Assembly: GCA_964482645.1 (NCBI GenBank)
Contig: CAYZYQ010000004.1
Coordinates: 1 to 63,775, forward strand
Direction of reading: 5' to 3'
DNA: 63,775 bases
DNA from: an uncultured Lentisphaeraceae bacterium
Lineage (GTDB): Bacteria > Verrucomicrobiota > Kiritimatiellia > RFP12 > UBA1067
The stretch's first letter is position 1, and each line of letters begins with the position of its first letter. The translations under genes were made by a program, and so were the position numbers. The notes beneath the pieces were generated by a model, which did not search any database, was not told where the DNA came from, and saw only the letters and a list, made by a program, of their open reading frames with translations. This document shows, one piece after another, positions 1-9,632 of this stretch.

Positions 1-247
1 GGGGCGGACGCCCCCATCGTTTTTCGAGAGTGTCCGTTATTATGGCAAACTGCGGGACCTTCGCGAGAAGCGCGTCCGACGTGCGCTCCACGGCGGTTTT
101 TGCTATATTGTGCGCCACGGGGAGACTCCTTTCGGTTGTTTTGCACCGCACATTATAGCGGAATCGGAAAAGTCTCCCCGCTTTTTTCGCCCTCCCAAAA
201 ATTTATTTCCCCTTTGTTTATTGGCCCTGGCAGATGTCTGGGATAAT

Positions 248-275
248 TTATCCCGGATTTTCCGGGATAAGGGTG
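248..275. repeat. Palindromic element TTATCCCGGA-TTT-TCCGGGATAA-GGGTG (copy 1)
   Basis: Perfect 10-bp inverted repeat; a 27/28-identical copy lies at 35129-35156. Confidence 0.75.
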
Positions 276-290
276 TACGGACGGGGACGA

Positions 291-318
291 TTGACAAGAA
301 AAAAAAAATACATATAAT
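291..318 (+). promoter_or_regulatory. Sigma70-like promoter with A10 spacer tract (P1)
   Basis: TTGACA 291-296, A10 at 299-308, TATAAT 313-318; spacer 16 bp. Confidence 0.85.
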
Positions 319-371
319 TGATGACATCAAGGAACGTTGTATTTTCTGTCATTCATGAAAGGATCGGGAAG

Positions 372-2288
372 ATGATGAAGCGCACGTTTGGAGTCGCACT
401 TGCGGCTTTCTGTATCGGATGCCTGTCCGCCGCCCAGGGCGACGTGCTGGGCGAGGCGAAGTATCTCTGGGATTTCGACTACGACATTACGGGCGACGGG
501 AACTTACAGATTGAGGAAGTTCGCGACGCCCGTCACTGGGGGTCGACGAATCTCTCCGGCTACGCGGGGACTTGGCTGCCAACTAGCATCAAGACGAATG
601 GGATCGACAAAGTCGGCCCCCAGTGGCGGACGGGTACGGTCATTCAGCCGATGCGCGGTATTACGTCCGAAGGAACGTACCTCCACTTCGCCGTCGGCAC
701 GAACATCGTCGCAAACGCGGACGGCACGTGTGTGACGAACGTCAGCGGCTGCGGCATCGAATATAATACCAGCGCGATTACGGGCAGCGTGACCGTACTT
801 CTCCGGCTGCGCGTGGATGCGTTTGACGCCTGGTGCAACGCCGAGGATTTGATTTGGGTGGTGGACAACGGCGAGACGTGGAACAATGACGCCGAGAAAG
901 CCGCCGGGTCGAACTTCGGATTCAATGCGGACAAATATGTTAAAGGCCGGGGATTTCCCTCCGTCATGTTCGGTAAACATGCGTTGAACATGGGGACGAG
1001 CATCAAAACAAACGTGTGGTATGACATCGGCATTTCCCTGCGGAATACGGGGGATGGCGGTGCCGAAGCAGTCTTCATGATCCGCGATCCCGATATGACG
1101 AACGCCGTCAAGGGCCATGTTGAAGCCAAAACGAATATGACGAAGGGTGTGATTTTCGAGCGCAAGACCTGTGCTGCCGGAAGCGGGGCGTTTATGAATG
1201 AGGCGAAGGCCAATCGTTTCATCCGCATCGGCGGTGAGGATATCGGAATCGTCGGTTCGAAAGGCGGGAGCAACGCTCGAAAATGTTTTGCGGGCGACAT
1301 CCAACGCATCGTGATGTGGGATCGTGCGCTTACGACGAACGAACTCGTCGAGGCCGCGCTCCAGACGTCTTCGCTTTTCAAGATCGGGTACGAGGACGGC
1401 GCAAACGGCGAGTTCGGGCGCGTGGACGAAATCGTGAAACCCTATGACATCGACCGTGCGCCGTTTCGCGAAATGCCGCAGACGTTGTCGGCCGCCCATC
1501 CCGTGGCCGAACTCGCGTTCACGCCGTATTCAAGATCTGTCGCTGCGCTCGGGCACATGATGCGCATCAAGGCCGCGTCGGGCGCGGCGGGGACGACGGT
1601 GCTGCGCGTATCCGTCAACGGGCACGTGGCGGACACGCTGGTCTTGTCCGCCGGAAAGGAAAAATGGTTCTACGTGAAACCCGGTCGGCTCAACGCAACG
1701 GCCAACGCGATTCGGATTGAGCGTCTGGCCACGAGCACGGCAACGTCCTTTAACTTCGACGTCGTGGAGATGTCCGGGTCGTGGCAGGTCAGCGAGACAG
1801 GTAACGGCAATAACGATATGTCAGTGGAGGGCAGTGTCCCGAGGACGTTCTATGCGGGGGACTGGAACTTCCACGGGATGCAACGCGGTCTTGTCACGGG
1901 TGCACCGAAGGTGGCGATTCGTTTTCAGATGCCGGCCGCGTTGGCACTGCGCCATGCGTTCACGTATTCGGGCGTTTGCACGGCGGTGGATGCCGGTAGC
2001 TATTTGACGCTCACGAACAGTGTTGCGAACGGCGGTCTTGGCTATCCGTACAGGAAGTGGCCGTTGAACGTGGCGGTGAACGGTCGCGAATACGTGACGG
2101 GCGAATGTATCGGGGATGGTGAAGGTTGGTCGTTCACGATTCCAAAGGGCACGTTGAACGCCGGTTGGAACGAAGTCACGATGGAGCTGGCCGTACCCGC
2201 GGACAAGGCCGCGTGCTGGACGTGTTTTGATTACCTCCGTCTGGAAGTGGAGCCGAATCCGAGCCATACGTTGCTCATTTTCCGCTGA
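372..2288 (+). CDS. Secreted protein: LamG/ConA-like domain plus two probable PL4 domain III (CBM-like) modules; C-terminus HTLLIFR
   Basis: Signal peptide MKRTFGVALAAFCIGCLSAAQG; LamG-like FAGDIQRIVMWDRALT; FKIGYEDGANGEF and WQVSETGNGNNDM resemble the start of rhamnogalacturonan lyase domain III. Start moved from the track's TTG 318 to ATG 372 (GAAAGGA upstream). Confidence 0.65.
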   Translation: MMKRTFGVALAAFCIGCLSAAQGDVLGEAKYLWDFDYDITGDGNLQIEEVRDARHWGSTNLSGYAGTWLPTSIKTNGIDKVGPQWRTGTVIQPMRGITSEGTYLHFAVGTNIVANADGTCVTNVSGCGIEYNTSAITGSVTVLLRLRVDAFDAWCNAEDLIWVVDNGETWNNDAEKAAGSNFGFNADKYVKGRGFPSVMFGKHALNMGTSIKTNVWYDIGISLRNTGDGGAEAVFMIRDPDMTNAVKGHVEAKTNMTKGVIFERKTCAAGSGAFMNEAKANRFIRIGGEDIGIVGSKGGSNARKCFAGDIQRIVMWDRALTTNELVEAALQTSSLFKIGYEDGANGEFGRVDEIVKPYDIDRAPFREMPQTLSAAHPVAELAFTPYSRSVAALGHMMRIKAASGAAGTTVLRVSVNGHVADTLVLSAGKEKWFYVKPGRLNATANAIRIERLATSTATSFNFDVVEMSGSWQVSETGNGNNDMSVEGSVPRTFYAGDWNFHGMQRGLVTGAPKVAIRFQMPAALALRHAFTYSGVCTAVDAGSYLTLTNSVANGGLGYPYRKWPLNVAVNGREYVTGECIGDGEGWSFTIPKGTLNAGWNEVTMELAVPADKAACWTCFDYLRLEVEPNPSHTLLIFR

Positions 2289-2327
2289 CGCGACGACATC
2301 CGTTTGCCGTTTCGCAGGTGAAACTGC

Positions 2328-2399
2328 TATAATGGCGAACACAGGCAAAAGCGCCGACGGCAGACGGCCGCGCAACGGGTGTTGCGCGGCCGGTTGGCG
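2328..2399 (+). promoter_or_regulatory. Extended -10 (TGC-TATAAT) and 5' leader with a strong hairpin
   Basis: TATAAT 2328-2333; 12-bp perfect stem CGGCCGCGCAAC/GTTGCGCGGCCG at 2365-2392. Confidence 0.5.
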
Positions 2400-2431
2400 G
2401 ACGAAACGAGACGACTCGAAGGATTGACGTG

Positions 2432-5400
2432 ATGAAAAGATTTCTGTGGGCGAAAACGTGTCTGGCGGCCTGCCTGGCCGTCATGCTGGCGAGCGGTTTG
2501 AATGCGGCGAATCTGCTGTCGGACACGGTGTTCGCCCTGCGTGGCGTGAAGAGTCTGCCGGCGGGCTGGACGACGGAGATGCAGGGCGGCGCGACGTGCA
2601 TGGTGGACGCGGTTGGGCGTGCGCCGGGTGCGCTGTCCATCAAGATGACGGCGCCCAAGGGTGGCGAACGCGCGTGGAACATGGTGTCGCGCCGGGTGGT
2701 CGGCCTCAAGCCCAAAACGCCGTACACGGTCAGCGCGTGGGTGAAGACGGCGGACATGGACAAGGGGACGATGGCGTATCTTTCCTTCCACTGTTTCGCC
2801 AATTCGCGTCGTCTTGCGTCGAACGATTCGACCATGAAAGTGTCAGGGAACCACGAGTGGACGCGGATCGTCCACACGATTCTCGAACTGCCGGGCGGGA
2901 CGCATGACGTTCGTTTCGTCTTCTGCCTCTACGGTGGCGGCACGGCGTGGTTTGCCGAACCGCAGGTGGAAGAGGGGCGCGTGGCGACGGACTATGCGCC
3001 CGCGCCTGGAGACGTCGCCCGTGCGGAACGCCGCACCCGTCAGGCGCACGCGGCCGACGCATGGTTGGCGGCGCGGGGCCTTGAAAAGCCCGGCGCCCCG
3101 CGCGTGGCCGTGCTCGACCTGGGGTTGAAGCCTGGTCGTGGCGAATTTGGTTTCGTGACCGACCCCGCCGCGTTCGAGCGGCTGTTGTCCGACGACTTCC
3201 GCGTCGCGCGCGTTTCCGGCGACGACGTTGCGAACATGGGCATTCTTTCCCGCAAGGCGTTCGACTTGCTGGTCGTGCCGACGGGTTCGGCGTTTCCGAA
3301 AGATGCGGCGGAGACGTTGGTCGATTTCTTGCAGGACGGCGGCGCGTTGCTGACGTGCGGCGGCTATGCGTTCGACAAGCCCGTGTTGAAAGTGGACGGC
3401 GTGTGGAGCAGTCAAGAAGCGTTCGCGGGCGACATTCCCGCCGGCACGGATGCGCTCGCCCTGCCGTCGGCGGATGCGTGGTCGGCCGGGGCGGATTCCG
3501 CCGGCAAAACCGTTGTCTCCGGCGTGGTTGGCCCGAACGGCGAAAAGGGAGTTTGTCTGTCCACGCCTTCGCTCTCCCTTTGGAGCACGGCGGACATCCG
3601 TCTCGACGGAGTACTCAAGGGCAGCGGCGTGGTGAGTTTCCTCGCCAAGGGCGACGCGACGACGCCGAACGCCTGGTTTGAAATTGCCGAACGCGACGGT
3701 TCGCGCTGGCACAGCAAACTGGATTTGACGACGGAGTGGAAGGAGTACCGCCTGACGCCGATGCAGTTTACGTACTGGTCCGACAATCCCAGCATCGGGC
3801 GTGGTTTTCCGGGCGACTTCGTGCAGTTCGACAATGTCGCTCGTCTGAGCCTAGGCGTAGCGATCGACGTGGCGGCCGTCGGCCAGCCACACGCCGTGTC
3901 GATCTGCGCCGTGAAGAAGGGCGTGGATCCCCGTGGCGCGGAGCGGTGTGTGTCCCTCCCGCAGATCAACACGCGCACGGCGCACATTCGCGATGCGATC
4001 CATCCCGAAGCCAAACAGATCGGCGTGTTCGATCCGTCGTTCGACTTGCGGCACGTGGCGGAGATGCAGTCTGACGCGGCGATGGCCGGGATGCTGCCGA
4101 CGCGCAATCCGATTCGCGGGGCGTTCACCGGCTTGTCGGCGATTGCGCAGTTGGGGGTGAACGGACACGGCTTCGGGCCGAACCGCTGCTGCTGGCGTCC
4201 GGTACTTGTCTGCACGGATGCTGCTGGAAATCCGCGCGGATACGCCGGCGCCATCGTCCACCACTACACCGGGACGTTCGCGGGATCGTCCTGGGCGATT
4301 TTCGGCGTGGACAACGCGGATCTCTTCGATCCGTCGGACGCCTCCGTCCGCGTGTGGACGGTCGCGCTCGTGAAGGCGCTCGTTTCGCGTCGTTTCCTCG
4401 GCAACACGTCTGCCGAATACGCCTGCTATCGCGTGGGCGAGACGATGAAACTCGTGACGGACGTGGCGAACTTCGCGCCCACGTCCGCCGCGTACCGGGT
4501 GGTCTTCACGCTCGCCGATGAAAGTGGCCGCACGGTGGCCGTCGTCCCGCAGACCGTGACCGCAGGGGCCGGAAAGACATCCCGCGTTGTCGGCGAATGG
4601 GTCGTGCCGTCGTCAGCGCCGGATTTCCTGCGTCTGACGGCGGAACTCCAAACGTCCGACACCGGGCGGCCCGCGACCGTCATCGACCGTGAGGGCGGTG
4701 CGGTTGTCATTTGGAACGACCGCGTTCTCGCCGGCGGCTCGCAGGTGAAAAAGGAGGGCTTGCGTCTGACGATCGATGGCGAATCGCGGTTCTTCATGGG
4801 TTGCCAGACGTTCTGGGGGCAGCACAGGAGCGTGACGGCGAGTTCGCCTGAACGTTTCTATCAGGACTTCAAACAAATGCGGGCGTTCGGGTTGCGTTGG
4901 ACGCGCTGCTTCCTGCCGTTCCGGAACGAAAAGGAAAAACGCGATTCCGACGCGGTCGTGCAACTGGCGCAAAAGTTCGGGCTCGTCCTCTACCACACGC
5001 CCAACCTCTGGAACACACGGGACGCCGAGAAGCTTGCCGAACAGAATCGTACGATCGCTGAAATCGCCACGCGCTATCGCGCCGTGCCGGGGTTTGCGAT
5101 CGACATCTGCAACGAGCCGTTTCTGAAGGAACCGTCGTCTCGGTCGGCCACGGACGCGCAACGCCACTGGGCGAAGACGAACTACGATGCGGTGAAGCGC
5201 GTTCGCGCGGAGGTGCCGGTGTCTGTCGGCTGGAGCCAGGGTTGGGCCGGCGACACGTCGACAAAAGACCCGCAGGTGGCGTCGCTCGACCTTGACTTCA
5301 CGGATCGCCACTACTACGGCAATCCCACGAAGGTTGTGGAGCAGATGAAGGACGTCGATCTGCGAGTGCTCGGCAAGCCCGTGATCATCGGCGAATGCGG

Positions 5401-6124
5401 TGCGAAAAACCATCCGACGTTCAAGTCCAGCGACCCGTGGGGCATGGGCGACGATGACGCGGGCTATGACGAGCGTTTCCGCTATCTCGTGTCCCACGCA
5501 TTCGGTACGGGCGCGACGGCGCTGTTGTCGTGGCACTGGCGCGATCCGATGGAAGGGTTGTTTCCGTGCGGGCTCGTTCACGCGACGAACGTGCCGCGTC
5601 CGACGGCGCACCTCTTCGGGAAGATGGCGCGGACGTTCGGGCGGTTGACGCTTGTGGACAATCCGCCGGATGTGGTGGTGGTGTTGGACGAGGACGTTCG
5701 CCAACAGGCGACACCCGACCGTGTCCGCGTCCTCGATGCCGCGTATCGCGTGGACGAGGATCTGATGTGGTGGGGCGCGAACTGGAGCAAGTTGACGTCC
5801 TCCCAGACGGCAGCGCTGCCGCCAACGGTCAAACTCGTCATTCGGCCCGAGCAGATGCCGACGGATGCGGCGGCGCGGCGGGCGGAGATTGGTCGTCTGC
5901 TCAAGGCTCACGGTGCGTCCTTCACGCGGCGGGCGGAGGATCCGGACACGCTGGAGACGTTCAAGGTGCCGGGCGCGGGCGCGACGGGCTGGGTGTTCTG
6001 GAATGGCGGCAAGACATCCGTGGACGTTGTGCGCGGCGCGGGGCGCCTGACCATCGGCCCTCGGCGCGTGGGTTATCTGCAAATCGGCGTCGACGGATGC
6101 GTCCAGGTTCAGGAGGAACTGTAA
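2432..6124 (+). CDS. Multidomain secreted glycoside hydrolase, clan GH-A (GH5/GH42-like), with N-terminal CBM-like modules
   Basis: Signal peptide; CBM4/9-like N-terminus; C-terminal TIM barrel with DICNEPF (acid/base), TDRHYY and IIGECG (nucleophile). Confidence 0.7.
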   Translation: MKRFLWAKTCLAACLAVMLASGLNAANLLSDTVFALRGVKSLPAGWTTEMQGGATCMVDAVGRAPGALSIKMTAPKGGERAWNMVSRRVVGLKPKTPYTVSAWVKTADMDKGTMAYLSFHCFANSRRLASNDSTMKVSGNHEWTRIVHTILELPGGTHDVRFVFCLYGGGTAWFAEPQVEEGRVATDYAPAPGDVARAERRTRQAHAADAWLAARGLEKPGAPRVAVLDLGLKPGRGEFGFVTDPAAFERLLSDDFRVARVSGDDVANMGILSRKAFDLLVVPTGSAFPKDAAETLVDFLQDGGALLTCGGYAFDKPVLKVDGVWSSQEAFAGDIPAGTDALALPSADAWSAGADSAGKTVVSGVVGPNGEKGVCLSTPSLSLWSTADIRLDGVLKGSGVVSFLAKGDATTPNAWFEIAERDGSRWHSKLDLTTEWKEYRLTPMQFTYWSDNPSIGRGFPGDFVQFDNVARLSLGVAIDVAAVGQPHAVSICAVKKGVDPRGAERCVSLPQINTRTAHIRDAIHPEAKQIGVFDPSFDLRHVAEMQSDAAMAGMLPTRNPIRGAFTGLSAIAQLGVNGHGFGPNRCCWRPVLVCTDAAGNPRGYAGAIVHHYTGTFAGSSWAIFGVDNADLFDPSDASVRVWTVALVKALVSRRFLGNTSAEYACYRVGETMKLVTDVANFAPTSAAYRVVFTLADESGRTVAVVPQTVTAGAGKTSRVVGEWVVPSSAPDFLRLTAELQTSDTGRPATVIDREGGAVVIWNDRVLAGGSQVKKEGLRLTIDGESRFFMGCQTFWGQHRSVTASSPERFYQDFKQMRAFGLRWTRCFLPFRNEKEKRDSDAVVQLAQKFGLVLYHTPNLWNTRDAEKLAEQNRTIAEIATRYRAVPGFAIDICNEPFLKEPSSRSATDAQRHWAKTNYDAVKRVRAEVPVSVGWSQGWAGDTSTKDPQVASLDLDFTDRHYYGNPTKVVEQMKDVDLRVLGKPVIIGECGAKNHPTFKSSDPWGMGDDDAGYDERFRYLVSHAFGTGATALLSWHWRDPMEGLFPCGLVHATNVPRPTAHLFGKMARTFGRLTLVDNPPDVVVVLDEDVRQQATPDRVRVLDAAYRVDEDLMWWGANWSKLTSSQTAALPPTVKLVIRPEQMPTDAAARRAEIGRLLKAHGASFTRRAEDPDTLETFKVPGAGATGWVFWNGGKTSVDVVRGAGRLTIGPRRVGYLQIGVDGCVQVQEEL

Positions 6125-6125
6125 G

Positions 6126-7022
6126 ATGACGAAGAAGGTGGCGTTTCGAATCGGTCTCGGCCTCGCGGCCGTCTGTGTGCTGGCGGTTGGCGTGGGCGGC
6201 ATCTTTTGGTGGCGGGCGCAGCGGCGGGCGGCGGCGGTCGCCGAACGCCAGGCGCTTTTCGCGTCGTTCGGGATTGATTCGGACGGTACGGAGGATTTCG
6301 TGCCGTTGCCGCGCATCATGCCGCACAAATTGCCGGCGGCCGTGCTGGGGCGGACGCTCTTTCTCGACCGCCGTCTGGCGCAGGGACAATCCATCAAGCG
6401 AACGTGCGCGGCCTGTCACTGGCCGAATGCGGGCGGGACGGACGGGAAGTGCCACGCCGGGACGCTCACGCGGCCGTTCCCGAACGCCGCGTTTGGATCG
6501 GTCTTCCTCCAGGACGGATCGTTGACCAATTTATCCGACGTCGTGGTGCGGATGGTTGAAAGTCCCGATTTCTGCGGCGGCGGGCCGGTGTCGAACGTGG
6601 TGGCGAAACTGAACGAGGACAAGCGGCTCGTCGAGCGTTTCCAATTCGCCTACGATGGCGAGGGGTTGACGGCGGCGACGCTGGCCGACGCCGTTGTCAA
6701 TTATGCGCGGTCGCAGGTGTCGGAACCGACGGCGTTCGACGCGTTCACGGGCGGCCGGGACGATGCGTTTGACGCGCAGCAGAAAAAGGGGATGACGCTT
6801 TTCCAGCGGAACTGCCTGGCGTGTCACGACGGGCCGACGCTCGGCGGCCGCCGCGCGTCGGAGGGGCGGAAAGTCCCCGCCCTGCGCGGCCTTTCGATGC
6901 GGAAGGTCTACTTGTCGGACGGCTCGCAGACGGATCTGACCGCCGTGTTGTCGCGGATGCCCGTGGGCGAGCAAGAGGCGGCCGACCGGGCGGCGCTCGT
7001 CGCCTTTTTGAAAACGCTCTGA
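6126..7022 (+). CDS. Membrane-anchored di-heme cytochrome c peroxidase/MauG-family protein
   Basis: N-terminal TM helix; LGRTLFLDRRL; two CxxCH motifs (CAACH, CLACH). Confidence 0.75.
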   Translation: MTKKVAFRIGLGLAAVCVLAVGVGGIFWWRAQRRAAAVAERQALFASFGIDSDGTEDFVPLPRIMPHKLPAAVLGRTLFLDRRLAQGQSIKRTCAACHWPNAGGTDGKCHAGTLTRPFPNAAFGSVFLQDGSLTNLSDVVVRMVESPDFCGGGPVSNVVAKLNEDKRLVERFQFAYDGEGLTAATLADAVVNYARSQVSEPTAFDAFTGGRDDAFDAQQKKGMTLFQRNCLACHDGPTLGGRRASEGRKVPALRGLSMRKVYLSDGSQTDLTAVLSRMPVGEQEAADRAALVAFLKTL

Positions 7023-7163
7023 ACTACGGACACTCCATGGGACGGACAGGATGCTAGATTTCGGCGGGAAATTAATCTGACAGAATTGTCACATTCCGCT
7101 TGATTCCGCTTGCTCTTTTTCGCGTCGCATGAGATAATGGGCGCGTTTCTTGGAGATAGAAGC

Positions 7164-7625
7164 ATGAAAGAGATAACTGGAAACCTGTCGGCGGCCGGGT
7201 TGAAAATCGCCTTCGTGGCGAGCCGCTTCAACTCCTTCCTCGTGGAGCAGTTGATCAAGGGCGCGGCGGATGCGTTTACGCGCTTGGGTGGCGACGCAGC
7301 GGACATGGTGCTCGTCCGTGTGCCGGGCGCCTACGAGATTCCCGTGACGGCGAAGAAGCTGGCGCTCACGCGGAAGTTCGACGCGATTGTCGGCCTGGGC
7401 GCGGTCGTCCAGGGCGCGACGGCGCACGCGGGGCTGATTTGCGAGACGACGGCGCGGGCGTTCAGTGAAATCGCGCTTGAGACGGGTGTGCCCGTGGCGG
7501 ACGGCGTCGTGAGCGCGGAGAATCTGGAACAGGCGGTCGAGCGCTGCGGCACGAAGCAGGGCAACAAGGGCTTTTCGGCCACGCAGGCGGCGATTGAGCT
7601 GGCGAACGTGCTGAAGCAGATTTAA
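7164..7625 (+). CDS. ribH: 6,7-dimethyl-8-ribityllumazine synthase
   Basis: ASRFN, VPGAYEIP, GAVVQGATAH, KQGNKG motifs; GGAG RBS before ATG 7164. Confidence 0.95.
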   Translation: MKEITGNLSAAGLKIAFVASRFNSFLVEQLIKGAADAFTRLGGDAADMVLVRVPGAYEIPVTAKKLALTRKFDAIVGLGAVVQGATAHAGLICETTARAFSEIALETGVPVADGVVSAENLEQAVERCGTKQGNKGFSATQAAIELANVLKQI

Positions 7626-7659
7626 ACAATCTTATTGAGACAACAAGAGGTACATCAAA

Positions 7660-8913
7660 ATGGCGAAGACAGTCAAGAAGGTGGCGTTTCTCACGGCGGG
7701 CGGATTGGCCCCGTGCCTGAGCTCGTCGATTGGTTTTCTGATCGACGAATACACGAAGAAGGCGCCGGAAGTTGAAATGATCGGCTATGTCAACGGCTAC
7801 ATGGGCCTGTTGCAGGGCAAGTCGATTCCCGTGACGGACGCCGTGCGCAAGAATGCACTCGAACTCACGCTCCACGGCGGCAGCCCGATCGGCAACAGCC
7901 GCGTGAAGTTGACGAACGTCAAGGACTGCGTGAAGCGCGGCCTCGTGAAGGAAGGCGAAGATCCGTTGAAGGTGGCGGCGGAGCAGTTGATGAAGGATGG
8001 CGTGGACGTGCTGCACACGATTGGCGGCGACGACACGAACACGACGGCGGCCGATCTGGCGGCGTACCTGGCGGAAAACGACTACCCGCTTACGGTCGTG
8101 GGCCTTCCGAAGACGATCGACAACGACGTCTATCCGATCAAGCAGTCCCTCGGCGCCTACACGGCGGCCGAAGAGGGTGCGAAGTTCTTTGTGAACGTGG
8201 TGAAGGAGAACAGCGCGAATCCGCGTTCGCTCATCATCCACGAAGTCATGGGCCGCAACTGCGGCTGGCTGACGGCGTTCACGGCGATCAACTACCACAA
8301 GATGTTGAAGCGGCGCATCCACTTCCTGCCGGAGTTCGGCCTGACGCGCGAACGCCAGGACGTCCATGCCGTCTACGTGCCGGAATCCAAGATTGATTTC
8401 GACGCCGAGGCGCGGCGTCTGAAGAAGATCATGGAGCGGCACGATGGCGTGAACATCTTTGTGAGCGAAGGCGCGTGCGTGAAGCAGATCATTGCGGAGA
8501 AGCGGAAAGCCGGCGAGGAAGTCCCGATGGACGCATTTGGCCATCCGCGTCTCGACAAGGTGAACGTCGGTCAGTGGTTTGCCGAGCAGTTCGGCAAGCG
8601 TCTGGGTGCGGAGAAGACGCAGGTCTTCAAGAGCGGCTACTTTGCCCGTTCGGCCGCGCCGAACAAGAAGGATCTCAAGCTCATCCACGCCTGCTGCGAA
8701 GTGGCCGTGGAAAGTGCGCTCCGGGGCGAGGGCGGCGTCGTGGGCAAGGACGAGGATGCGTCCAACAAGATTCGTGCCTGCGAGTTCACCCGCATCGCGG
8801 GTGGCAAGCCGTTCAATGTGCGCAACAGCCGTTTCCGCAAATTGCTCGACGAAATCGGCCAGCCGCGTCCCCGCAAGACGCGCGTGGTCAAGAAATCCGC
8901 CGCCAAGAAGTAA
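7660..8913 (+). CDS. pfp: Pyrophosphate-dependent phosphofructokinase
   Basis: LTAGGLAPC, GGDDT (Asp typical of PPi-dependent enzymes), PKTIDND, EVMGRNCGWL. Confidence 0.9.
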   Translation: MAKTVKKVAFLTAGGLAPCLSSSIGFLIDEYTKKAPEVEMIGYVNGYMGLLQGKSIPVTDAVRKNALELTLHGGSPIGNSRVKLTNVKDCVKRGLVKEGEDPLKVAAEQLMKDGVDVLHTIGGDDTNTTAADLAAYLAENDYPLTVVGLPKTIDNDVYPIKQSLGAYTAAEEGAKFFVNVVKENSANPRSLIIHEVMGRNCGWLTAFTAINYHKMLKRRIHFLPEFGLTRERQDVHAVYVPESKIDFDAEARRLKKIMERHDGVNIFVSEGACVKQIIAEKRKAGEEVPMDAFGHPRLDKVNVGQWFAEQFGKRLGAEKTQVFKSGYFARSAAPNKKDLKLIHACCEVAVESALRGEGGVVGKDEDASNKIRACEFTRIAGGKPFNVRNSRFRKLLDEIGQPRPRKTRVVKKSAAKK

Positions 8914-8946
8914 AGACCCGTTCCGAGGGAAAGGAATTCATTCAAC

Positions 8947-9630
8947 ATGGCAGAAGGAAAACAAAGTTATCTGCGCGGCGTGATCATCGAATACGATTTC
9001 ACGGCCATTGACGGTGCGCAGGTTCTGTTCGACGTCGCGAAACAGGTGTTGGCGCCCAAGGGCATTGATTTGACGATCAAATCGGAAAGTCTGCACCTCG
9101 TGGGCGGCAACTACCAGGGCGCGTTGGCCGAACTGGCCGAGTCGTGTGACGTTCAGCTGGACGTTGCGGCGACGGCGCGTGAACTGGCCGAGGCGTTTCA
9201 CGCGGCGCTCGCCGAGCGCGTTGCGGCGGCGGCCACGCCGGAGTTCAAGGCGTTTGTGTCGGCGTTGACGGATCACAACATCAAGGTCGTGCTGGCGTCC
9301 CGTGCCGGCGCGGACGCATTGGCTCCCGTGATGGAGGGGTTGGATGCGAAGCTGGTCGTTCCCTACACCGAACAGTCGCTCACTTACGGCAACGGCAAGT
9401 GGGACGTCTGGCGCCGTGCCTGCAGTTCGAACGAACTGATCGACGTGCTGACCGTCGGCGTGACGGGATCCGGCCCCGGCGTCAAGGCCGTCCTCGTGGC
9501 GGGGTTGAGCGCACTTGCGATCATCCATCCGCACGTGGCGTACCAGGACTTTGGCGGCGCCGACGTGGCGGCGGAGAAGTTCAGCGCCGCGTTGGCGAAG
9601 GACGTTCTGCGGATGCTCCACATGGCGTGA
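8947..9630 (+). CDS. HAD-superfamily-like protein with degenerate catalytic motifs
   Basis: Layout resembles beta-PGM-type HADs, but motif I reads VIIEYDFT and the motif IV region reads VTGSGPGVKAVLVAGL. Confidence 0.5.
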   Translation: MAEGKQSYLRGVIIEYDFTAIDGAQVLFDVAKQVLAPKGIDLTIKSESLHLVGGNYQGALAELAESCDVQLDVAATARELAEAFHAALAERVAAAATPEFKAFVSALTDHNIKVVLASRAGADALAPVMEGLDAKLVVPYTEQSLTYGNGKWDVWRRACSSNELIDVLTVGVTGSGPGVKAVLVAGLSALAIIHPHVAYQDFGGADVAAEKFSAALAKDVLRMLHMA

Positions 9631-9632
9631 CG

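Noticed and set aside
103-358. Short ORFs at the window start
   Set aside because: They span the palindrome and promoter P1 (the A-tract gives KKKK); no coding signal.
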